Notes under the pieces: model-generated | Seen by the model: the letters and a program-made list of their open reading frames with translations, nothing else | Databases searched by the model: none | Told to the model about the DNA's origin: nothing | Translations under genes and position numbers: made by a program | Origin: Bacteriovoracaceae bacterium | GTDB lineage: Bacteria; Bdellovibrionota; Bacteriovoracia; Bacteriovoracales; Bacteriovoracaceae | DNA: 64,000 nt | Assembly: GCA_048270185.1 (NCBI GenBank) | Contig: JBLWTJ010000001.1 | Location: 608,001-672,000, forward strand | Direction of reading: 5' to 3' | Shown: in pieces, positions 56,381-64,000 of the stretch | Position numbering within the stretch: position 1 is the stretch's first letter | Layout: every line of letters begins with the position of its first letter

Positions 56381-57049
56381 TTAGTTTGCTCTCTTAAATA
56401 GGGCGATAACCATTCCCGCTAGGGCGTCTTCGAGGAAGCTGACAAGTAATGCCATGGTGTAAGTAATGGCAAGTGGAACACCTGCTCCTGGAGCATAGCT
56501 AGTTAGCACAAAACTAAAGAAGCCAATGACTAGAGTCAGAAGTAGAACTCCAAAATAAGTTACACCTAAAGAAGAAACCTTGCGCTTTGTAATGGCAAAA
56601 TTAGACTCCCCTTCCTTATCAAAGAGGATTGCCACCATTGGTAGAAAATAAAAGAAGTATAAGAAGAAGATCCCAGGAATGACTAAAAGCGCCACCCCTA
56701 TTAAGCTCCCAAGACCCATGATAACGCTGAAGAAAACGTATGTTGGAATATCCCAGAAAACTTTTGCAATATTAAATTTTAATTTTTCAAAATTAAAGAA
56801 GAAGAAGTTTAAAAGTAAAACAGTATGGATAATTGAGGCCACGGCCATAACAATACTTGAAATAATAACTTGCGCATCTTCTGTTGCATTTGCATTGGCC
56901 AGAATATAAATCTTAATACAAAAAGAAATAAAAAGAAGTGGAAGATAGAGTTTGTAATTGGATTTAATTGCATTAAGAGTGTCGTAAAGGGCGTTAAATA
57001 GCGTATTCTCGCTCTTCTTCTCTACTAGTAATTCTTGTTGCATATCCAT
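56381..57049 (-). CDS. membrane protein (glycerophosphodiester phosphodiesterase membrane-domain-like)
   Basis: Multiple TMs; G..LLVIPGIF motif. Confidence 0.6.
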   Translation of the reverse strand: MDMQQELLVEKKSENTLFNALYDTLNAIKSNYKLYLPLLFISFCIKIYILANANATEDAQVIISSIVMAVASIIHTVLLLNFFFFNFEKLKFNIAKVFWDIPTYVFFSVIMGLGSLIGVALLVIPGIFFLYFFYFLPMVAILFDKEGESNFAITKRKVSSLGVTYFGVLLLTLVIGFFSFVLTSYAPGAGVPLAITYTMALLVSFLEDALAGMVIALFKRAN

Positions 57050-57076
57050 CGCATTTTCCTTAATTAGCTTCTTTCG

Positions 57077-57613
57077 TTATTCATCGGTATATTCAAAAGT
57101 TCTCTTAGCGTGATTCTTTCTCACACCAGGAACTTTAAAAAGTTGCCCGTGAAATGAAATATAAATTCCAGGTCCTACTATTTTGGCAGCATAAAGACTT
57201 TCTGTCACATTTTGGAAAGCATCACTATCCACAAAACCCATTGGTTTCATGGCCCCAGTGAAAATGATGGGAACAGTTAAATCTTTTGCATCGTTAAGGT
57301 GTGAGTAAACATATTGGGCCGACTTGGCCATGGTATCTGTACCATGGAGAACGATAAGTGGTATTTCTTTTTCTAGCTGTGACTTAATTGTCTTCACTAG
57401 AATATTGCGATCATAATCAGTAAAGTATAGGGAGTCCTTATTGATGATATTCATAATATGTAGTCTTGTGTACGGAAGCCTTAACCTCTCCACAATTGTC
57501 TGGCGAATAAATGAATCGCGATTCTTTAAAGAGCCGTCGCTCTCACTATAAGATTTCTCAATTGTGCCACCTGTAGAGATGAGCTGAATATCTTGAACAT
57601 GGTTTTTTTCCAC
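57077..57613 (-). CDS. short (N-domain only) L-asparaginase
   Basis: ISTGGTIEK, LHGTDTM, FTGAMKP, SDAFQN. Confidence 0.87.
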   Translation of the reverse strand: MEKNHVQDIQLISTGGTIEKSYSESDGSLKNRDSFIRQTIVERLRLPYTRLHIMNIINKDSLYFTDYDRNILVKTIKSQLEKEIPLIVLHGTDTMAKSAQYVYSHLNDAKDLTVPIIFTGAMKPMGFVDSDAFQNVTESLYAAKIVGPGIYISFHGQLFKVPGVRKNHAKRTFEYTDE

Positions 57614-57794
57614 GTAGTACCCTCATTTGAATGATCAATATCTATTATGACATGTTTTATACACGATTTCTTTAATGATTTTAAGCGTTTAAGTAAAAAA
57701 TTCTAAATCTAACCTTGACGCCTACAAATTTGGCCCCATATTGTCTGTGTAAAGCTTTTAACTATCTGATTAATAATAAATTGAAGGAGTATCA

Positions 57795-59705
57795 ATGACT
57801 AATCGCACAGGACAAATTTCAGTTGCTACAAGTGACATTTTCCCAATTATTAAGAAATGGCTCTACTCAGAACACGATATTTTCATTCGTGAGCTTATCG
57901 CCAATGCCAGTGATGCCATCACAAAGAGAGCGACTCTGGCCCGCCAAACTGGAGATGAAGTTCCAACAGGAGCAATCTCAGTTGTCATCAACAAAGATAA
58001 GAAAACAATTACCCTAACAGATAACGGAATCGGGATGACTGAAGAAGAGGTTGAAAAGTATATCGCTCAACTTGCCTTCTCTGGTGCGGAAGAGTTCGTA
58101 AAGAAATTAGAAGAAGCAGGTGGTGAATCAGATAAGGATATCATCGGTAAATTCGGTCTTGGTTTCTACTCGGCCTTCATGGTTGCTTCTAAAGTTGAAG
58201 TTGATTCACTATCAATGAATAAAGATGCCAAGGCCACAAAATGGACTTGTGAAGGTGACACAGAATATACATTCGCTGACTCAGATAAAGCTGAAGTTGG
58301 AACAACAATCACTCTTCATATCAATGATGATTCAGTTGAGTTCTTAGACAAGTGGAAGCTAAATGAAACTCTAAGTAACCACTGTGATTTCATGCCTTAT
58401 GAAATCGCTCTTTCTAATGAGGGCGAAAAAGATAGCGAAGGTAAAGAAGTAGCACCAACAATCATCAACGACACAAACCCAATTTGGAAGCGTGATCCAA
58501 AAGAGTTAACAGATGAAGACTATAAGGGTCTCTACCGTAAGCTCTTTCCAATGGACGGCGAGCCACTATTTTGGATTCACTTAAATGTTGATCACCCGTT
58601 TACTTTAAACGGTATCCTCTTCTTCCCAAAGTACAATCCAATGAAGCCAATTGGTGATAAGAATATTCGTCTTTACTGTCGTCAGGTCTTTGTCTCAGAT
58701 AACGTCAAGAATATTATCCCAGAGTTCTTAGGATTATTAAAAGGTGCCATCGACTCACACGATATTCCACTTAACGTTTCACGCTCGTCTCTACAAGGTG
58801 ATCCAAATGTTAAGAAGATCTCAAACTACATCGTTAAGAAAGTAGCTGAGGCCCTAAAACTTCTAAACAAGAAAGACCGTGAAAAATATGAAAGTATCTG
58901 GAATGATATCGGGCTATTCGTGAAATACGGATGTGTCTCAGATGAGAAATTCGATACAGTTATGAGAGACCGCGTTCTCTTTAAAACAAGTGATGAGAAA
59001 TTTGTCACAATCGAAGAGTACCTAAATGCAATCCCAGCAGACTATAATGATAAGATGAAAGGAAAGATTCTCTACTATGAAAAAGAGAATACAAACCAAG
59101 CTCTTCTTTCTCAACTAAAGGAAGCAGGCCTTGCTGCTGTTGAAACTGATAATCATATCGATCCGCACTTCATTCAGCATAGTGAAATGAAGAAGTTCAA
59201 ACTTGGTGAAGAAGAAATTGAAATTAAGTTCACAAGTGTTGATAGTGAAATTGAAAGCCTTCTTGGAAGTGAGAATACTTCTGAAGACGATATCAAAGTA
59301 AAAGAAATGTTTGCAAAATTCCTTGATATCAAGCTTGAAGAAAAAGAAGGTGAAGCACCAAGTGATAAGGGACTTGAGATCGGTCGTATCGCAAGTGCTC
59401 AAACACCGGCCTACTTTAAAGTTGATGAGTCAATGAAGCGTTTTGCTCAAATGACTCAGTCAATGGGTGGAGGCGCTCAATTCCCTATCAAGAAAACTCT
59501 TGTTGTTAATGCTTCAAACCCACTAGTTAAGAATGCACTAAAAATTCACACTAGTGGAAAGAATGAGGAACTTGCTAAGAAGCTTTGTCTTCACGTGCAA
59601 GATCTAGCAGGAATTTCAAGTGAAGGACTTAAGCCTGAAGAGCGTGAGCTCTTTGTGAAGCGTTCACAAGATCTAGTTAGTGAACTTTCAAATATGATTA
59701 ACTAA
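57795..59705 (+). CDS. htpG: molecular chaperone HtpG (Hsp90)
   Basis: IFIRELIANASDA, DNGIGM, IGKFGLGFYSAF, DIPLNVSRSSLQ. Confidence 0.97.
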   Translation: MTNRTGQISVATSDIFPIIKKWLYSEHDIFIRELIANASDAITKRATLARQTGDEVPTGAISVVINKDKKTITLTDNGIGMTEEEVEKYIAQLAFSGAEEFVKKLEEAGGESDKDIIGKFGLGFYSAFMVASKVEVDSLSMNKDAKATKWTCEGDTEYTFADSDKAEVGTTITLHINDDSVEFLDKWKLNETLSNHCDFMPYEIALSNEGEKDSEGKEVAPTIINDTNPIWKRDPKELTDEDYKGLYRKLFPMDGEPLFWIHLNVDHPFTLNGILFFPKYNPMKPIGDKNIRLYCRQVFVSDNVKNIIPEFLGLLKGAIDSHDIPLNVSRSSLQGDPNVKKISNYIVKKVAEALKLLNKKDREKYESIWNDIGLFVKYGCVSDEKFDTVMRDRVLFKTSDEKFVTIEEYLNAIPADYNDKMKGKILYYEKENTNQALLSQLKEAGLAAVETDNHIDPHFIQHSEMKKFKLGEEEIEIKFTSVDSEIESLLGSENTSEDDIKVKEMFAKFLDIKLEEKEGEAPSDKGLEIGRIASAQTPAYFKVDESMKRFAQMTQSMGGGAQFPIKKTLVVNASNPLVKNALKIHTSGKNEELAKKLCLHVQDLAGISSEGLKPEERELFVKRSQDLVSELSNMIN

Positions 59706-59717
59706 TCATTCAAAATA

Positions 59718-59752
59718 ATAAGTAAGGCCAGCATTACGCTGGCCTTACTTAT
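59718..59752. terminator. hairpin after htpG (repeat copy 1)
   Basis: ATAAGTAAGGCCAGC-attac-GCTGGCCTTACTTAT. Confidence 0.8.
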
Positions 59753-59851
59753 CACCTAATATACTGAAATAACTAACAAACTTAGATATCGTCCTATATA
59801 GAAATTATAGGACACCTCCCATGTCGATATTTTCTATTGTATTCATAAGTT

Positions 59852-62329
59852 ATGAAAATGATAAAAATATTACCTCTAATACTTCTATTAATCTCGCTAC
59901 GATTTAATCTCTATGCAAATCAGGCATGGGACAGTAACGCTACTTCTTGGTGGCTCATAGCCGATACTAACAAAAACAGAGCAGGAGTGATCCACTACGA
60001 CGGCACCCTTACTCCATTGACCCTTATAAGACACGGTGTAAGAACAATTGCCAAAAATCTAAAAAACAGTCCTAAACAAAAGAAAGCAGGACTAATGACA
60101 GGACTCGTTGGCAAATATTCACAGGTAGCGAACGAGTTTGGTAACTTAGATCTTATTATAAATGATCTTAACGAATACGGTTACACAAAGTATTACCATC
60201 CTAGTAATAGATCTATTTTTTACAATTGGAAATTCCTCCACATGTACCAAGTTAAAGGGCAAGAATCTTGTCATAACTTCGTGTTATTTACGTACCATAT
60301 AAATACAGAAAATCTGCCTTATGAATATATAGAAAAAATAATCAATCAGTGTAGTAGCATATTTATCGTAGAAATTGATTACTTCGATACTTCTCATCCA
60401 AACTATATGAATGAAATTAATAGAAAGAAAGATATCTTCTCAAAACTAGGTGTTTCATACTGCGCAACGATTGTAACAAAGGAAGGAATGCAAGGATGTA
60501 TCGACGAAATCACTGGATTTAGAACAGAGAAGAAATTTAAATGGGACTCAAAATCAAAAAGATGTATAAATCCAACAACAAAGGAAGTTGGCTTAAACCC
60601 AAGTGAAGGGCCAAAAGATTTAAAAAATGCTAAAGACCTTGAATGTTATGATTTCAATGGCATTAGTTTTAAATATGGTGAATATGGGGATATAGGAATC
60701 GTAAGTAAATCAATCAATGGTTCACATTTCACTGATACAGACTTAAGTCACCTAGTCTTTGAACAAATTAAGCCGATTGAGGGAGTAAAAATCACAAGAA
60801 CAAATCTTGAAGAGACGTACTTCAAAACAGGTCTTATTAATAGTACTTTTAATGATAATGATCTAAATAGTGTTTCTGTAAAAGGTGAATTTACGGGAAA
60901 TACTTTTAACTTAGATAGAGTTCATCATTTGAATATTGAGGTACCATTAACTTCAAGTGTTAATAGACAAAATGAATTCAAGAATATTACAGCTAAAAAT
61001 ATCACATTCAAAAACGACAGTAATAGAGTTACGGATAAAGAAAATTGCATCTCGGTCTCTATACAAGATTCAAGTATAAAAGAACTTGATATTGAAAAGT
61101 TAAACTTATGTAACCTAGGTATAGAGAATACAATATTAGAAAATTCTAAAATTGAAGAAGTACAAATACTTAAGGGTGATATTTACAATGTGAAATCAGA
61201 GAATCTAAGACTTTCAAAGTCCACTATTCATAGAGGTTCAATTAACATTTTCTTAATTAGCAATAGTCGTCTGAAAGAGACTGGTTTCGCAAATATTAAA
61301 CCATTCAAAAGCCTGACAATAAACAACTCTAAAATCGAAAAATTAGGCTTACTTTACTCTAATGTGGAAGATCTAAAGATTAACAGTAACGAAGGTGGTA
61401 CATTGATTTTTCAAGAATCTGAAGCACTTAAGACCGACTTTTCAAAATCGAATATTAGTATAATAGCAGATACAACGAACTTAAGTGGATCTCTCTTTAA
61501 TACAGATCAATTGCAATATAATCTCAATTCCAGAGAACTAGCCTTTCAAAATTCAAAGTGCAACAATTGTTCTTTTAGCAACACCAAGGCATCGAGTTTA
61601 ATTTCAGTGACCTCTGAGTTAAATGGTTCGGATTTTTCAAACCTATATACTGATAATTTTTTAACTCAAGAAAGTTATTTGAATAATTCAAAATTTAACA
61701 ACGCACGCCTAAATCATATTGAATCTAACGCAAGCTTCTTTAACTTTTGCGATTTTACACAGGCATCTGGTTTTAGAGATTCGCTCTTTCTAAAGACTAA
61801 TTTTAATGACACTAATTTTAATCAAGTTGCTTTTACTAATGCCACAATCGTAGAAAGTAATTTCGTTAGAGCTAACTTTAAAGATGCATTTTTTTCAAGT
61901 GGTATGTCCTTAGAAAAAGATAATTTTACAGGTGCGAACTTTTATAATGCAAAAGTTGATGGTTTGATCTTTATTCAATCAAATTTAAATGAGGTTAAAC
62001 AATTCGGGGCCCATGGCTGGAGCATGGCAACAGGTATTCAAATGGATATGACAACAATGGAAAACGCAGAGATAAGAGGCGGTTTTAGAGATGCAAATAT
62101 TCATAACTCTTCATTTAGTGGAACAAATCTTAATGATGTTACATTAAGTGGTACATTTGTGAATACTAGATTTATTGGTGCTGACCTTAATAATGCTAAA
62201 TTTCAAAATGCTTTTTTAAAGGATCTTAATTTTACAAATGCAAGCTTAAGAAATGCTACTTTTTTTAATATTAGTCAAACTGGTTTAATTTTTGATAATG
62301 CTGACTTAACAGGTGTAAGTGGACTTTAA
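59852..62329 (+). CDS. secreted pentapeptide-repeat (beta-solenoid) protein
   Basis: Signal peptide; long runs like ANFKDAFF, ANFYNAKV, ADLNNAKFQNAFLKDLNFTNASLRNATF. Confidence 0.88.
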   Translation: MKMIKILPLILLLISLRFNLYANQAWDSNATSWWLIADTNKNRAGVIHYDGTLTPLTLIRHGVRTIAKNLKNSPKQKKAGLMTGLVGKYSQVANEFGNLDLIINDLNEYGYTKYYHPSNRSIFYNWKFLHMYQVKGQESCHNFVLFTYHINTENLPYEYIEKIINQCSSIFIVEIDYFDTSHPNYMNEINRKKDIFSKLGVSYCATIVTKEGMQGCIDEITGFRTEKKFKWDSKSKRCINPTTKEVGLNPSEGPKDLKNAKDLECYDFNGISFKYGEYGDIGIVSKSINGSHFTDTDLSHLVFEQIKPIEGVKITRTNLEETYFKTGLINSTFNDNDLNSVSVKGEFTGNTFNLDRVHHLNIEVPLTSSVNRQNEFKNITAKNITFKNDSNRVTDKENCISVSIQDSSIKELDIEKLNLCNLGIENTILENSKIEEVQILKGDIYNVKSENLRLSKSTIHRGSINIFLISNSRLKETGFANIKPFKSLTINNSKIEKLGLLYSNVEDLKINSNEGGTLIFQESEALKTDFSKSNISIIADTTNLSGSLFNTDQLQYNLNSRELAFQNSKCNNCSFSNTKASSLISVTSELNGSDFSNLYTDNFLTQESYLNNSKFNNARLNHIESNASFFNFCDFTQASGFRDSLFLKTNFNDTNFNQVAFTNATIVESNFVRANFKDAFFSSGMSLEKDNFTGANFYNAKVDGLIFIQSNLNEVKQFGAHGWSMATGIQMDMTTMENAEIRGGFRDANIHNSSFSGTNLNDVTLSGTFVNTRFIGADLNNAKFQNAFLKDLNFTNASLRNATFFNISQTGLIFDNADLTGVSGL

Positions 62330-62330
62330 A

Positions 62331-62363
62331 AAAAGAAGGCCAGCATTTCGCCGGCCTTCTTTT
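62331..62363. terminator. bidirectional terminator (repeat copy 2)
   Basis: AAAAGAAGGCCAGC-atttc-GCCGGCCTTCTTTT. Confidence 0.8.
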
Positions 62364-62388
62364 ATATATTCCTTTTGTTTTCTAGTGA

Positions 62389-62892
62389 TTAAAAAGCTGC
62401 ATTTGACTCATCAAAGTTTCTTGCAAATGTCTCAATTGAAATAACATTTGTATTCTCATCCATCCCATCGGCATGATTAAAAGCAACATTCTTATTATGT
62501 GCTGACATTTTATTTCCAGCAGTGTGTGAGCGTTTCTCATATGTACGAGAGCTCTCTTCTCTTTCTAATTCTTCTTTACAAGCAATACAACAAGTTGCAA
62601 TTGGTCTTGCGTGCAGTCTTCTCATTGAGATTGTTTCACCACATTCTTCACATTCACCAAATGTTCCTGCTTCTAATTTCTCAAGTGCGCGATTCACTTT
62701 ATTTAGAAGGAATTTATCCCTACCCATAAGTTTTAGTTTTAGTTGTGCATCTCTTTCATTCGAAGTTTGATCGATGATGTCACCCGAAGTTTGGTTCGAT
62801 AGTACCTGCTCAACTTTTTCAGTTGAACTAACTAACTGGTTTTTAAGATTTAGGAAAAGATTCTTAAAGTGTTCTTTTTGTTCAATATTCAT
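62389..62892 (-). CDS. dksA: DksA/TraR C4 zinc-finger protein
   Basis: GDIIDQT coiled-coil tip; GTFGECEECGETISMRRLHARPIATCCIACKE. Confidence 0.9.
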   Translation of the reverse strand: MNIEQKEHFKNLFLNLKNQLVSSTEKVEQVLSNQTSGDIIDQTSNERDAQLKLKLMGRDKFLLNKVNRALEKLEAGTFGECEECGETISMRRLHARPIATCCIACKEELEREESSRTYEKRSHTAGNKMSAHNKNVAFNHADGMDENTNVISIETFARNFDESNAAF

Positions 62893-62985
62893 TATTAACT
62901 CCCAAGTCTAAAAATATTCCGTCATATGGTACTAAAGCCTACTTCCTGTCCACTTTAGAGAGAATCCTTTCTCTGCCTATTATTA

Positions 62986-63002
62986 AGCAATGAGTATGCC
63001 AA
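62986..63002 (-). promoter_or_regulatory. sigma54 (-24/-12) promoter
   Basis: TTGGCAT-ACTCA-TTGCT with exact GG-N10-GC spacing, about 95 nt upstream of dksA. Confidence 0.75.
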
Positions 63003-63131
63003 CTTTTTGGTCAATTAATGGGAGTATATTGTGAGTTATAGGTGAATTTTGGTGCCGATATGACATTTTGGTGGAGTTTTGGGCCTGCCTCTTAGCTAAA
63101 AGCCCCGCCATAACGCACCAGTCAATAGATT

Positions 63132-63560
63132 TTATACGAGTTTTTCGTCGCGAGAAACGATTAGGCGTTCATCATCAATCATCTTTGAATAGATGCTCAT
63201 GACTTCCATATGGGCCTCTAGGGCCTGTGATTTAGGAATTTTATTGGCAAGATGAAACTCAATATCTTCACGAATGCTCTTTGGAAGCTTTGTTAAGATC
63301 TCAGATACAATCGCTTCATCTTCTAGCTTGAAACTTAGGGCCAAGCTCTTAGGCTTTACCTCTCTTAAGAACTCGCTCATCATTTGCGACGTGATATAGC
63401 GCAAATCACTTAAGCGGTACATATGCTTCTTAAGCTTTTGAGCAAGCTGAGCATCCATACGAGAAAGGTTTCCAATTAAAGTATCCTTCTCTTCTTTATT
63501 CATTAAAGAGATGGCCTCTAGTATTTCTTCAAAGCCTGACTTCTTACCATTTTGAGACAT
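63132..63560 (-). CDS. FliG C-terminal domain-like protein
   Basis: LAQKLKKHMYRLSDL...FLREV....LALSFK...ILTKLPKS pattern. Confidence 0.7.
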   Translation of the reverse strand: MSQNGKKSGFEEILEAISLMNKEEKDTLIGNLSRMDAQLAQKLKKHMYRLSDLRYITSQMMSEFLREVKPKSLALSFKLEDEAIVSEILTKLPKSIREDIEFHLANKIPKSQALEAHMEVMSIYSKMIDDERLIVSRDEKLV

Positions 63561-64000
63561 AGCGATCTTCTTTTAATAAGTAATTCTTAACGTAGTCCTC
63601 AACACCTTCTTCCACAATTTTAAATTCAAAATTAGGAAGGATCTTTCTAAACTTATCCATATCAGCTTGTGTGTAGTACTGATATTGATTTCTTAAGTGC
63701 ATTGGCATATCAATGAACTCAACCACGGCCTCTTTACCCATGGCCTTAAAAGTCGAGTTCACAAGATTTAAGAAACTATCAGCTCTGGCCGTTCCTATAT
63801 TTAAAATTCCAGAGTGCTTAGCAAGTTCTTGGTTACTTAACTCAATCATGGCATTGACGACATCTTTGACATAGATGAAGTCGCGAAGTTGCTTGCCATG
63901 TTCGTAACCTTCTTTATGAGATTTAAAGAGCTTTACTTGTCCTGTCTCATTAATTTGCTCAAAGGCCTTGTGAACGAGAGAGCGCATCTCTTCTTTATGG
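63544..64000 (-). CDS. rfaD: ADP-L-glycero-D-manno-heptose 6-epimerase (C-terminal part; 5' end outside window)
   Basis: VKLFKS, QLRDFIYVKDV, NIGTARA.SF, IDMP..LRNQYQYYTQAD. Confidence 0.9.
   Translation of the reverse strand, partial: HKEEMRSLVHKAFEQINETGQVKLFKSHKEGYEHGKQLRDFIYVKDVVNAMIELSNQELAKHSGILNIGTARADSFLNLVNSTFKAMGKEAVVEFIDMPMHLRNQYQYYTQADMDKFRKILPNFEFKIVEEGVEDYVKNYLLKEDRYVSKW

Noticed and set aside
59806..59830. Sigma28-like box (GTCGATAT) upstream of the pentapeptide gene
   Set aside because: The -35 element and spacing are unconvincing.
1..64000. CRISPR array, tRNA/rRNA, prophage, IS, integron integrase or known defence system
   Set aside because: I recognised no regularly spaced repeats, cloverleaf signatures, or recombinase/transposase/Cas motifs by eye; a covariance-model and HMM scan was not possible.

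Overview
AT-rich (roughly mid-to-high 30s % GC by eye, not computed), gene-dense bacterial chromosomal segment. Gene content suggests a predatory Bdellovibrionota member of the Halobacteriovorax/Bacteriovorax type; this is inference from the many secreted hydrolases, degenerate HD-GYP/PilZ proteins, Cys-rich lipoproteins and orphan FliL/FliG-C. Housekeeping genes (thiolase, fabH, trmFO, nadE, tyrS, gltX, mce, htpG, dksA, rfaD/hldD) are interspersed with secreted or surface proteins. These include two endonuclease I paralogs, a subtilase, a papain-like protease plus lipase, an SLT, a Kazal protein, a ~1930-aa Ig/YD lipoprotein, a Cys-rich lipoprotein and a pentapeptide-repeat protein. I recognised no rRNA, tRNA, CRISPR array, integrase or transposase. 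Most notable observations: (1) two AT-rich orphan genes, each bracketed by a directly repeated pair of near-identical terminator hairpins between convergent host genes, suggesting gene capture at terminators; (2) a TolQ/ExbB + ExbD-VWA motor pair next to SLT + PilZ; (3) a Vibrio VxrAB/WigKR-like two-component system; (4) a sigma54 promoter and multi-GGA hairpin (Csr/Rsm-like) leader on dksA; (5) a candidate secreted pore-former or translocator; (6) several pseudo-enzymes, an orphan barstar and an unannotated frameshifted small gene. All family assignments come from motif recognition, not database searches.
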